The notes under the pieces were generated by a model. The model had not been told where the DNA came from. It searched no databases and saw only the letters and a list, made by a program, of their open reading frames with translations. Position numbers and translations under genes: made by a program. A stretch of 64,000 nucleotides of DNA from an uncultured Acidobacteriaceae bacterium (GTDB taxonomy: Bacteria > Acidobacteriota > Terriglobia > Terriglobales > Acidobacteriaceae): positions 35,924-99,923 of the forward strand of contig CAWCTB010000053.1 of assembly GCA_963798275.1 (NCBI GenBank), read 5' to 3'. Shown piece by piece: positions 40,789 to 49,830 of this stretch (its first letter is position 1; every line of letters begins with the position of its first letter).

Positions 40789-41595
40789 CTAGTGCTCATG
40801 GTCCCCATGCGAATGACGATGCGGGTGCGAGTGGGTGATGCCTCCGTGCGAGTGACGATGAGCGTGCACCAGATTGGCTCGCAACAGCAGGTCGGCGTTG
40901 GAAAGAATCTCCGCCGTGCTGCCCTCCGCTGCCACCTTGCCCTCTTCCAGCACGAACACCCGGTCGGCAATGTCTTCCACGATCTCCAGTTGCTGGGTGG
41001 CGGTGATGACCGTCTTTGAACCGCTCTTCCAGCTCTGAATCAGGTCGATGAGATGGCTCTGCGTCCGCGGATCGAGCGCCGAGGTCGGTTCGTCAAGCAG
41101 CAGCACGTCAGGATCGAGGACGATAGCCGAAGCCAGCGCTACTCTCTTCTTCTCCCCGCCCGAGAGGCGGTAGGGCGCGCGGTCGCGCAGGCCGGCGATG
41201 TCCATCAGCTCGAGCGCCGCCTGCACTCGTTCGACGATTTCGTCGCGAGGCCAGCCTAGCTGCAGCGGACCGAAGGCAACTTCGTCGAAGACCGTGGGAT
41301 TGAACAACTGCACGTCGGGGTTCTGAAAGACCAGGCCTACTCGTCGCCGGAACGCCACCGCGTTGCCGTCACTCTCGAAAAGCTTCGGCGTAAGTTCCTG
41401 CCCGTCGAAGCTCACCGCTCCCCGGGAAGGGAAGTAGAGCGCATCAAGGACACGCAGCAGCGTGGACTTCCCTGATCCGTTCGGCCCCAAAAGAGCGACC
41501 GACGATCCGGCGGCAATGCTCAGCGACAGACCCTGCAGCGCCGGAACCCGCTCGTATGCGTAGTGCACATCGCGACATTGAAAGAGCGGATTCAT
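40789..41595 (-). CDS. ECF-transporter ATP-binding protein (CbiO/NikO-like) with a His-rich C-terminal tail
   Basis: Walker A GPNGSGKST, signature LSGGEKKRVALA, Walker B LLLDEPTS. The tail is HAHRHSHGGITHSHPHRHSHGDHEH. Confidence 0.9.
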   Translation of the reverse strand: MNPLFQCRDVHYAYERVPALQGLSLSIAAGSSVALLGPNGSGKSTLLRVLDALYFPSRGAVSFDGQELTPKLFESDGNAVAFRRRVGLVFQNPDVQLFNPTVFDEVAFGPLQLGWPRDEIVERVQAALELMDIAGLRDRAPYRLSGGEKKRVALASAIVLDPDVLLLDEPTSALDPRTQSHLIDLIQSWKSGSKTVITATQQLEIVEDIADRVFVLEEGKVAAEGSTAEILSNADLLLRANLVHAHRHSHGGITHSHPHRHSHGDHEH

Positions 41596-41611
41596 GCGAC
41601 GTCGATCTTGC

Positions 41612-43513
41612 TTATCTCCTGCCGAACCATACCAGAATCGCCGCGCCCGCCAGGAACGCGATCAGCGCACCGTAATCGCCCGTACCCATGGCGAACTCCG
41701 GCAAGGTGCGCACCTCGCCGCGATAGCCGCGTGATTGCATGGCGAGAAACACTTCCTGGCTCAAGTCCATGCTCTTGCTCATCAGCACGCCGGCCGTGCG
41801 CGCTACCATGCGGCGCTGCTCCGGGCCGGGTAGCACGCCCACGCTTCTGCTCTGCCGCGCTTCGAACATCTGGCTCGCTGTCTCCACCAGCAGAAAGATG
41901 TAGCGATGCGCCATACCCAGCATCATCACCGCTTCTTTCGGGACATGAAAGGCGCGCAGCGCCTTCAGCAACTGCGCCCACGGCGTACACAGCACCAGCG
42001 TGGTAGTGAGCGTCACGGCCGTCTCGACCCGCAGCAGTAGCAGGCCCGCCGTATTCAGCCCTTGCGACGTGATGCGCAGGGTTTCTCCGGCATAGCCGGG
42101 CAGCAGATCGCCCGGCGTCAGAAACAGCGCCGGAAAAGCGATCACGCCGGTGAACCCCAAAACAACCAGCCACACGCGCTTCACTAAAGTTGCCAGACTC
42201 ACGCGCGAGGCAACCGCCACAAGACATGCCCCGCAGAACGCGATCGCCAGCGCATCCATGCGGTGCACCAGCGTCACCGCTATCACCAGGGCAAACACGC
42301 CCGCCACGCGCACTCGCGGATCGAGCGACTGCAGCAATCCGGCTTCGCGTGCGGTTTGCTCGGCGGTCAGCGCGTGACTCAGGGCGCGACTGAAACCGAC
42401 CAGCGTGCGGGCCACATAGCCGTTGCCGGTCATGAGCTGCCAACGGCTGGCCGCCGCGCCCGCAGCAACCCTTGCACCAGTAGTGAAATCAGCAATACAG
42501 AAGCCCACACCAAACATGGCGGACAGCAGGTACCCCAGCGACGGACTGCGGATGATTGCCGGCGCGTACGACGGGAACGGTGCAGTCCACAAGCTCGAAA
42601 GCCGCCGCAGACCCACAGGCGCAACCTTCGGCACTGGATGGTCGCCTGAGGCCGCCGCAATTTGTGCCCGCGCTTCCGGGCTGGCGAAGTCGGCCGGAAG
42701 CCACTCTCCCCACGCCTTGCCGGCGGCGAGCACGCCGATGGGAGTCAGTACAAGCAGCAGCGCAACCGTTGTCCAAAGCCGGCGCAGCGATCGCGCCGCG
42801 ACGTAGTCAGCCGAGCTGCCGCTAAGCGACGCCATTCCCGCCGTAGCTTGCAGCAGCGCAGGATCCGCTGACTGCAGGTAGGCCACCAGTCCAGCCGTAA
42901 TGGCCGCTTCCGCCAGTCCGGCAAAGGTCAGGTGCCCGAGCATCATCGCCGGAACCGCTATCGCCAGCGGATACGGCGCGTACAGCGGTGTGCCGTTAGC
43001 GGAGTGGAACAGCGCGGGCTGAATGCCGAATTCGACAGCAGCCGCCAGGGCCGCGGCATTCACCGCCAGATAGCCCGCTACTCCGGCTGCGATTACGCGG
43101 CGCCGCGACTGGATGGCCGCGCTGCCCGCGAGCAGCCGATAGCTGCCATACGCCACCAGCGAGCCGATGATCGCCATGTTCAGGCAGTTGGCGCCCAGCG
43201 TGCTGATGCCGCCATCACCGAAGAACAGCGCCTGGATCGCAATCGCCAGCGACAATGCCAGCACCGCTCCCGCGGGCCCCAGAACAATCGCGGCGATGGT
43301 CACTCCCAGCGCGTGGCCGGTGGTGCCGCCGGGCAGCGGCAGGTTGAACATCATCACCACGAACGAGAATGCCGCGAAGACGGAGATGAGCGGCACAACC
43401 CGCGTCAACAGAACCCGCTTCAGCCGGCGCAGCGCAACGTACCAGCCCGCTATCGCTCCTCCGTAGAGGACGGCGCAGGTGGACGGGCTCAGATATCCGT
43501 CGGGAATGTGCAT
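41612..43513 (-). CDS. Fused ECF Ni/Co transporter membrane components: CbiM/NikM, a PDGLE-like linker and CbiQ/NikQ (EcfT)
   Basis: The N-terminus MHIPDGYLSP is the CbiM signature. The middle has AGKAWGEW (PDGLE/NikN-like). The C-terminal 250 aa are CbiQ-like (..LLLLRVETAVTLTTTLV.CTPW..LL.ALR...VP......L.MAHRYIFLL). Confidence 0.85.
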   Translation of the reverse strand: MHIPDGYLSPSTCAVLYGGAIAGWYVALRRLKRVLLTRVVPLISVFAAFSFVVMMFNLPLPGGTTGHALGVTIAAIVLGPAGAVLALSLAIAIQALFFGDGGISTLGANCLNMAIIGSLVAYGSYRLLAGSAAIQSRRRVIAAGVAGYLAVNAAALAAAVEFGIQPALFHSANGTPLYAPYPLAIAVPAMMLGHLTFAGLAEAAITAGLVAYLQSADPALLQATAGMASLSGSSADYVAARSLRRLWTTVALLLVLTPIGVLAAGKAWGEWLPADFASPEARAQIAAASGDHPVPKVAPVGLRRLSSLWTAPFPSYAPAIIRSPSLGYLLSAMFGVGFCIADFTTGARVAAGAAASRWQLMTGNGYVARTLVGFSRALSHALTAEQTAREAGLLQSLDPRVRVAGVFALVIAVTLVHRMDALAIAFCGACLVAVASRVSLATLVKRVWLVVLGFTGVIAFPALFLTPGDLLPGYAGETLRITSQGLNTAGLLLLRVETAVTLTTTLVLCTPWAQLLKALRAFHVPKEAVMMLGMAHRYIFLLVETASQMFEARQSRSVGVLPGPEQRRMVARTAGVLMSKSMDLSQEVFLAMQSRGYRGEVRTLPEFAMGTGDYGALIAFLAGAAILVWFGRR

Positions 43514-43570
43514 CGAGGCTCTAGGGCGCTACCGCCTCTGATTATAGCCAGCAAAACCAAAAGCTCCCCG

Positions 43571-43607
43571 CCTACTACCACTATCCACTATCCACTACCC
43601 ACTAATC
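43571..43607 (-). repeat. Heptanucleotide tract (TAGTGGN) x4-5 spanning the stop codon of the lyase gene
   Basis: The minus strand reads GAT-TAGTGGG-TAGTGGA-TAGTGGA-TAGTGGT-AGTAGG. The gene's stop codon is one of the TAGs. Confidence 0.8.
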
Positions 43608-44970
43608 GGTCCGCCATCGGCTCCAGGTGCGCGGTGAAGTGCCGCAGGAACGGCGCCTCATACGTCAGCCGCATGCCCTTGATCTGCTCGCGCCGCTCCC
43701 ACACCCGCAGAATGATCTCCACCACATAATCGATGTGGCTCTGGGTGTACACCCGTCGCGGAATCGCCAGCCGCACCAACTCCATCTTTGCGGCCCCGGC
43801 AAACATCAGGCTGCCAATCTCCACCGACCGGATGCCGCCTTCCAGATACAGCTCCGTGGCCAGCGCCACGCCCGGAAACTGCTCCACCGGTACGTGCGGC
43901 AGAAACGCCTTCGCATCGAGATAAATCGCGTGCCCGCCCGGCGGCTGCACGATCGGCACACCATGCTCGGCAATGTGATTGCCCAGGTACGCTGTCGACG
44001 CGATGCGGTAGCGCAGGTAATCTTCTTCCAGCGACTCCTGTATGCCCACCGCCACTGCCTCCAGATCGCGCCCCGCCATTCCGCCGTACGTGGGATACCC
44101 CTCGGTAAGGATCAGCAGGTCCTGCTCCTGCCGCGCCAGCAGATCGTCATTCGTACACAGGAAGCCCCCAATGTTGGCCATGCCATCTTTCTTGGCCGAC
44201 ATGGTGCAGCCATCGCCCAGCGCAAACATCTCCTGCGCAATCTGCTTGGGTGTCTTCGCCGCGTAGCCCGGCTCGCGCAGCTTGATGAAGTAGGCGTTCT
44301 CGGCAAAGCGGCAGGCATCGAAGTACAGCGGAATGCCATGCTTGCGGCACACTGCGGCCACTGCCTTGGCGTTTTCCATCGACACCGGCTGCCCGCCGCC
44401 GGAATTATTCGTCACCGTCAGCATCACCAGCGGAATGCGTTCGCGCCCCACACGCGCGATCAACTCCTCCAGCGCCGCAACATCCATATTGCCCTTGAAG
44501 GGAAGACGGGTCTCCGGATGCCGTGCCTCGGGAATCGGCAGGTCGACCGCCTCCGCGCCGACAAACTCGACGTTGGCGCGCGTGGTATCGAAGTGCGTGT
44601 TGTTGGGCACCACGTCGCCCTTCTTGCACATCACGCTGAACAGGATTCGCTCCGCCGCCCGTCCCTGGTGCGTGGGGATCACGTGGGTGTAGCCGAAAAT
44701 GTCCTGCACCGAGTGCTTGAAGTGGTCGAAGCTCTTGCTGCCGGCGTAGCTCTCGTCGCCCTCCATCATCGCCGCCCACTGGTGCGTCGACATCGCGCCC
44801 GTGCCCGAGTCGGTCAGCAGGTCGATCAGCACATCGTCGGCGGGCAACAGAAACAGGTTGTAATGCGCGGCGCGCAACAGTTCTTCGCGCTGCTCGCGGG
44901 TGGTCCAGCGGATGGGTTCCACGCTCTTAATGCGGAATGGCTCGATGATGGTCTTCGTCTTGGTCGGCAT
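43588..44970 (-). CDS. Tryptophanase / tyrosine phenol-lyase family (beta-eliminating lyase, PLP-dependent)
   Basis: EPFRIKSVEPI....REQ....L....YN.FLL...DV.IDLLTDSGTGAMS..QWAAMM.GDESYAGS.SF......PTHQGR.AE. The PLP lysine lies in CTMSAKKDGMANIGGF. C-terminal LTYEAPFLRHFTA. Confidence 0.9.
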   Translation of the reverse strand: MPTKTKTIIEPFRIKSVEPIRWTTREQREELLRAAHYNLFLLPADDVLIDLLTDSGTGAMSTHQWAAMMEGDESYAGSKSFDHFKHSVQDIFGYTHVIPTHQGRAAERILFSVMCKKGDVVPNNTHFDTTRANVEFVGAEAVDLPIPEARHPETRLPFKGNMDVAALEELIARVGRERIPLVMLTVTNNSGGGQPVSMENAKAVAAVCRKHGIPLYFDACRFAENAYFIKLREPGYAAKTPKQIAQEMFALGDGCTMSAKKDGMANIGGFLCTNDDLLARQEQDLLILTEGYPTYGGMAGRDLEAVAVGIQESLEEDYLRYRIASTAYLGNHIAEHGVPIVQPPGGHAIYLDAKAFLPHVPVEQFPGVALATELYLEGGIRSVEIGSLMFAGAAKMELVRLAIPRRVYTQSHIDYVVEIILRVWERREQIKGMRLTYEAPFLRHFTAHLEPMADRLVGSG

Positions 44971-45292
44971 AAGAAGTTCCCCGACGATTGTAGCCGGAAG
45001 TGGAGCGAGCTTTCAGCTTCAGTCGTCAGCCACCAGCCACCAGCCGTCATTGCAAGCCGGGCCTCGCGGACGTCTCTTCCTCCTTCCGCCATCGTACGAG
45101 AACCAATCTCCCAAATCCCAAGGAGGATCCTTTTCGCGAGCACGCATCGAGCCGTGCTTTTCTTCGCCATCGGCGCCTTCCAGCTTTCTTTCAGAAAAAT
45201 TCAAGTTCGGTTCAAGGACTCTCAGGGATGTCCGACCGTATTCTCGCTCCAGATCGCGAGGGCAACAATGCTCCTCGCCGAGGAGGAGAGAA

Positions 45293-46075
45293 ATGCTGAA
45301 GAGAGTTGCCGTTTTCGTATACGGGGTCGCCTGCTACGGGGCGTTTTTTGCCACCTTTCTTTATGCCGTTGGTTTTATCGGAAACCTGGTGGTTCCCAAA
45401 TCGATTGATTCACCCGCACGAACGCCTTTCCTGTATGCACTGGGCATCGATGTGCTGCTGCTCGGAATCTTCGCCGTGCAACACAGTGTGATGGCAAGGC
45501 CGTGGTTCAAGCGTGCCTGGACGCGTGTTGTCCCTGAACCGGCCGAGCGCAGCACCTATGTGCTGCTGTCGAGCCTGGCTTTGATCGCCCTTTTTGCCTA
45601 CTGGCAGCCCCTGGGCGGCATTGCCTGGGATATCCAGAATCCGACGGCCCGGATGGTGATGTACCAGTTGTTCGGGCTGGGGTTCGGAATGGTGCTGATA
45701 GCCACGTTCCTCATCAACCATTTCGACTTGTTCGGGTTGCGGCAGGTGTGGCTGTACCTGATTGGAAAACCGTACACGCAACTGACCTTCCGCACGCCTC
45801 TGTTCTACAAGTACATTCGGCATCCGCTTTACGTGGGATGGTTCATGGCGTTCTGGTTCACTCCCACGATGACGGGCGCACACCTGCTGTTCGCTGTAAT
45901 GACGACGGTGTATATCCTGATGGCGATCCGATGGGAAGAGAATGACCTGATCGAGTCGCACGGTGAGCAATACATTCAGTATCGCGAGAGCGTGCCGATG
46001 TTCATACCCACCGGTTCCACCAAGCGGAGAGCGAGCACTGAAGCGAATCAACCCGCTGCAGAGAAAGCAGCATAG
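45293..46075 (+). CDS. ICMT-family membrane methyltransferase (MddA-like methanethiol S-methyltransferase family)
   Basis: FATFLYAVGFIGNLVVPKSIDS.....L.....D..LL..FAVQHSVMARP.FK........P...ERS.YVL.....L...WQP...F.T..FYKYIRHPLY.GW...FW.TP.MT..HLLFA......YIL.AI.WEE.DL....G..Y..YR..VPM. Confidence 0.7.
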   Translation: MLKRVAVFVYGVACYGAFFATFLYAVGFIGNLVVPKSIDSPARTPFLYALGIDVLLLGIFAVQHSVMARPWFKRAWTRVVPEPAERSTYVLLSSLALIALFAYWQPLGGIAWDIQNPTARMVMYQLFGLGFGMVLIATFLINHFDLFGLRQVWLYLIGKPYTQLTFRTPLFYKYIRHPLYVGWFMAFWFTPTMTGAHLLFAVMTTVYILMAIRWEENDLIESHGEQYIQYRESVPMFIPTGSTKRRASTEANQPAAEKAA

Positions 46076-46085
46076 GAGGATTACC

Positions 46086-46691
46086 ATGTCGCAGATCTCG
46101 ACGACAGCTCGCGAAAGGATACAGGCGCAGGGGTTTTGTGGCTTGAGCGATGCCACATACGCGCAGATCAATTACCCATTGCGCCTGTCTCCCGCAATCG
46201 TCATGGTGTGGGTAGCAGTGGGGACGGTGCTTGCCTCGGCTCAGATATTGTGGGCCTTGGTGCCGTTTGCAGCGCTGGGTGCAATTTTGACCGGGCATCC
46301 GTTTGATGTTCTGTACAACCATGGCCTGCGGTATCTGCTCGGTTCACCCGTATTGCCCCGTTACGGAGCACGACGACGCTTCGGCTTTGCGATGGCGACG
46401 ACCATGATCGTGGCGGCCGCATGGGGATTCCAAGCAGGCGTGCCCTTGCTCGGCTACATCGTCGGGTCGTCAATCGTAGCCTCTGCTTGCGTGCAGGTGA
46501 TGACGGGGTTTTGTGTACCCGCATTCCTGGTTCGCGTGTTCGTTGGGAAGGCGGTCTGTGCGGAGTGCGACGGATTGACACGGCTTGGATCGCGCCCGCG
46601 TTCCGGCAACAGCGAGCGCGTGCCGATGCCGGCGCGGTCGATCAAGGGCTATACAGTCATAAGACCGAAGGATGGAGTGCGCGCTGCTTAG
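46086..46691 (+). CDS. DUF4395-like membrane protein
   Basis: The ATG at 46086 lies 10 nt after the preceding stop. The protein has four hydrophobic segments and resembles the DUF4395 pattern (QGF.GL.......N......A...). The assignment is tentative. Confidence 0.5.
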   Translation: MSQISTTARERIQAQGFCGLSDATYAQINYPLRLSPAIVMVWVAVGTVLASAQILWALVPFAALGAILTGHPFDVLYNHGLRYLLGSPVLPRYGARRRFGFAMATTMIVAAAWGFQAGVPLLGYIVGSSIVASACVQVMTGFCVPAFLVRVFVGKAVCAECDGLTRLGSRPRSGNSERVPMPARSIKGYTVIRPKDGVRAA

Positions 46692-46806
46692 TGCCGAGAC
46701 CACGGGCGTCTTGACGTTGGGTGGAGAAGGGCGCACCATCCACCCGAAACCTAGCCCTCGGAAGATGCGATTTGCACCGTCCGGCGGCGATCGGAAGGAG
46801 GTTGTT

Positions 46807-47274
46807 ATGGCTGTCAAGCAGGGAGACCTCGCACTTCTGGAGCATCCGGTGGCGAGAGAACTTCTGGCGTCGAAAATTCCGGCGCGGTTGGCATATGTGT
46901 GGACGGACGGGACACCCCGAGTGACTCCGATCTGGTTCCATTGGGACGGTCGGGAATTGGTGCTGGGGACTCCGCCAAACGCGCCGAAGGTGAAAGCCCT
47001 GGCAGGGAATCCGAAAGTGGCGCTCACGATTGATGACAATCATTTTCCGCACAAGGTGCTGTTAATTCGCGGCACGGCGTGCCTGCAAACTGTGGAGGGT
47101 GTAGCGCCTGAGTATGCGCAGGCGGCAGAGCGGTACTTTGGACCCGAGCAAGGGAGAGCGTGGGTGGGGCAGTTGCGCGGGATAAGTCCAAAGATGGTGC
47201 GCATTGCCATCACTCCAGAGTGGGTCGGCGTGCTGGATTTTGAGACACGGTTGCCGAGCGCGTTGGCGGGATGA
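46807..47274 (+). CDS. Pyridoxamine 5'-phosphate oxidase (PPOX) family protein
   Basis: A GGAGG RBS precedes the ATG. ARLAYVWTDGTPRVTPIWFHWDGRELVLGT....PKVKAL..NPKVALTIDD....HKVLLIRGTA. Confidence 0.75.
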   Translation: MAVKQGDLALLEHPVARELLASKIPARLAYVWTDGTPRVTPIWFHWDGRELVLGTPPNAPKVKALAGNPKVALTIDDNHFPHKVLLIRGTACLQTVEGVAPEYAQAAERYFGPEQGRAWVGQLRGISPKMVRIAITPEWVGVLDFETRLPSALAG

Positions 47275-47364
47275 AGACGGCCGGTGCTGGGGCGATAGTG
47301 AGATTCCGTCCGACGGGTCACGCCGCGTAGGACTTACACCGGGGCGGTCGAACGCGCCGCCCCG

Positions 47365-48603
47365 TTACGTTGCTGCTGCGGGTGGCTGGACTTCGGCCTG
47401 CCGGTCGCCCCAGCCCAGGAACTTGGAGAACTCCTGCACGAAGTCTTGCCAAGCCGGTTCGCCGGGGACAACCTCGTGACTGCGGCTGGGGAGCTCGACG
47501 TAGCGGGCACCGCGGATTCGCGAGGCGATAAGGCGTCCTTCGCTGGCGGGAACGACGGCCTCGTCGCGCGAGTGAATCACGAGAGTGGGGCAGCAGACCT
47601 TGGGTAAGAGGTCGGTGATGTCGATCTTGGGGAACTCGGCCATCATCAGCGCGGCGTTGTCGGGAGATGAAGTGATGCGCTGGAATTCGTTCATCCATGC
47701 CGTCTCCTCGGGGCTGGCGTCTGGGCGGAAGAGCGTGGTCCAGAGTTGGCGGAAGGCGGGGTTGTCACGGCCCCAACCGAGGCGTATGAGCGTCAGCATG
47801 GCATTGAACTGCTCTGTGATCATGCTGCCGGGAGGAGGCCAGCCTCGGGCAAACGCTCCAACGAGGATGAGCTTCGTTACCCGCTCTGGATGGCGGGCCG
47901 CATAGGCCGCGCCTATAGCGCCGCCCTGGCAACTCCCCACCAGCGCAAACTTGTTCCAGCCAACGGCAGAGATCAGCTCTTCGAAGTCGGCCAGTGAGCG
48001 CTCGAAAGAAAAGTCATCGATGTTCCAGTTAGAGAGACCGCTGCCGCGCTGGTCATAACGAAGGAATGTGTGGTGGCGCATGATCTCCGAAAACCAATGA
48101 CGGCGAAACGGGTTCTTCCATTCGAAGTCAAGATGATTCAGCCAATCTATGGCACGCACCAGGGGAGGCCCGCTACCACCTGTGGTGTAAGCCAACCGTA
48201 CACCGTCGCTGGTAGTGAAGAATTGAATTTCTTGTTCGGGGGCCGGTTCAGTTTCCGGTAAAGCCTCCACCCTGTGCACCGTGGAGCTGGTGGGTATCTG
48301 CCGCACCTCGGCAACAAAGCGGTATCCCTGGCGCGGTATGGTCTCGATGAACCTCGGGCCGTTAGTGCCGTCGTTTAGAGCGCGGCGAAGCTTCGAAATG
48401 TTATGGTCCAGATTGTTTTCTTCGACGACGCTGTCGGGCCAGAGCCGCTGCATCAGCTCGTCCTTGCGGATGAGGCGGCCATGGTTTTCAACGAGAATGC
48501 AGAGCGTATCGAAGACCTTGGCGCGAAGCGGAATCGGCTCACCCGAACGCAACAGGCGGCGTTCCGCGACATCCAGTTGGAACGATTCGAAACGAAAAAC
48601 CAC
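47365..48603 (-). CDS. Winged-helix (OmpR/CadC-type trans_reg_C) DNA-binding domain fused to an alpha/beta hydrolase
   Basis: N-terminus FRFESFQLDVAERRLLRSGEPIPLRAKVFDTLCILVENHGRLIRKDELMQRLWPD......NLDHNISKLRRAL......FIETIPRQGYRF. C-terminal fold with nucleophile elbow LVGSCQGG. Confidence 0.8.
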   Translation of the reverse strand: MVFRFESFQLDVAERRLLRSGEPIPLRAKVFDTLCILVENHGRLIRKDELMQRLWPDSVVEENNLDHNISKLRRALNDGTNGPRFIETIPRQGYRFVAEVRQIPTSSTVHRVEALPETEPAPEQEIQFFTTSDGVRLAYTTGGSGPPLVRAIDWLNHLDFEWKNPFRRHWFSEIMRHHTFLRYDQRGSGLSNWNIDDFSFERSLADFEELISAVGWNKFALVGSCQGGAIGAAYAARHPERVTKLILVGAFARGWPPPGSMITEQFNAMLTLIRLGWGRDNPAFRQLWTTLFRPDASPEETAWMNEFQRITSSPDNAALMMAEFPKIDITDLLPKVCCPTLVIHSRDEAVVPASEGRLIASRIRGARYVELPSRSHEVVPGEPAWQDFVQEFSKFLGWGDRQAEVQPPAAAT

Positions 48604-48894
48604 AGCCCACCTTCACAAAACGGATGACCGACCCCCAGGCTGCGGCCACAATGAGCCGCTTCCCCACGAGCAGATTATATCTCGTTGTCACTTCACTCGC
48701 GGAACCCTTCGCTGCGGCTCCTACGTTCCAACTTGCGACTAATCCGGCTCTGGAACAGCAACCCGACCGGAAGCTGGCTCCGGAAGTTGTCCCAGAGGAC
48801 GGGTGGCCCGGCCAACGAACTAACTCATCTGGGTGCCCCGTTCTACCGCCGTCTTTGGCGGTAGGGCGAGGCCTTTTGCGCTTCACCGGATTAG

Positions 48895-49013
48895 GGATGC
48901 TCTGATTAAGTCTGGTTTCGAAGGGGACGGCCTTCAGGCCGTCCGTAAAATGTCCCAAAATCACCGCGGCTTCAGCCGCTGCGGGACTTCGCCGCGACTT
49001 GATCAGAGAATCC
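48895..49013. repeat. MITE-like element, copy B (119 bp) with 18-nt inverted ends
   Basis: The left end GGATGCTCTGATTAAGTC and the reverse complement of the right end, GGATTCTCTGATCAAGTC, match at 16 of 18 positions. Internal hairpins are GGACGGCC-TTCA-GGCCGTCC (48925-48944) and GCGGC-TTCA-GCCGC (48966-48979). It is about 80% identical to the reverse complement of 59586-59705. Confidence 0.7.
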
Positions 49014-49016
49014 TTA

Positions 49017-49520
49017 GGGTGCCGTCAAAGTACACCCCGACGGCACCGGCGCGTTAAAAAAAACGGACCGCAAGCCATTGGTAAATCGCGCGGCGGATGG
49101 ACCACCAAGATTCATATGGTTGCCGCAGATGCTCGCACGGCTATAACTTTTGCCCTCTCGCCGGGACAAGCCTCCGACGCCGTCGAAGGCCGCAAGCTGC
49201 TAGGCGGCATCGGGCCCCTGCCGGCACCGCTCCACCTGCTTATGGACGGCGGCTACGAGGACAACCAAACCCTGCAACTGGCTCTGGACTTTGGTTTTAT
49301 CCCTGTGATTCCGCCCCGAGCGAACCGTTTGGAGCCGTGGCAGTATGACAAGGCCATGTACCGCCGGCGCAACGAAATCGAGCGGCTGTTCCGTAGGCTG
49401 AAAGGGTTTCGCCGCATTTTCTCCCGCTTCGACAAACTCGACGTGGTCTTTCTCGCCTTCCTCCACTTCGCTCTCATCGTCGAAGCCCTCAGATATCTAA
49501 ATAGTGTTAACACGCCCTAG
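49017..49520 (+). pseudogene. IS5-family (IS427/IS1031-type) transposase, C-terminal DDE part only; frame break in an A8 run (49056-49063)
   Basis: VKVHPDGTGALKK lies in one frame. NGPQAIGKSRGGWTTKIHMVAAD...LLMDGGYEDN......GFIPVIPPR.NR...W.YD...YRRRNEIERLFRRLKGFRRIFSRFDKLD lies in the next. The N-terminal half of the gene is absent. Confidence 0.85.
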
Positions 49521-49544
49521 ACCAGCGCCTCGGGCGCATTATAA

Positions 49545-49830
49545 GAAAGCCCAGCGCTTCAGCGCTGGGAAGGCGTCCATTCGCAGCCCGGTCCCCCGGG
49601 GACGGCACAATGCTCCGTGCCCGTCATCCAACCTGGTTTTGCTTGGGTGGGGAGTTTGACTTTCTTCCGTCTGTCATCCCGAGCGGAGTGAGGCGCAGCC
49701 GAACGCAGTCGAGGAGCCTGCCCTGACCCGCGTCTTCCTTATCACACGGCTACGTGACCCATGTCCTAGCGCTCCCTCTCCTGCCTGGTGCCCCAGGTTC
49801 GCGTCCGGCTGTTGGACGCGAACCTGGGCG
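49545..49830. repeat. Intergenic hairpin set
   Basis: CCCAGCGC-TTCA-GCGCTGGG (49550-49569). An imperfect GACGGCAC...GTGCCCGTC hairpin (~49600-49627). A perfect 15-bp stem CCCAGGTTCGCGTCC / GGACGCGAACCTGGG (49792-49828). Confidence 0.6.

Noticed and set aside
40783-40796. The stop codons of the convergent ADOP permease (TAA) and CbiO (TAG) lie in or next to a perfect 12-bp palindrome, AGCACTAGTGCT
   Set aside because: A single short palindrome between convergent genes is too short to be a credible bidirectional terminator. It is noted only as a curiosity.
43514-43587. Cobalamin or NiCo riboswitch upstream of the ECF Ni/Co transporter (44971-45292 was also examined)
   Set aside because: The leader is only 74 nt and is mostly the heptad tract. 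I could not find a B12-box-like or czcD-motif-like core in either region. A covariance-model scan would be needed to be certain.
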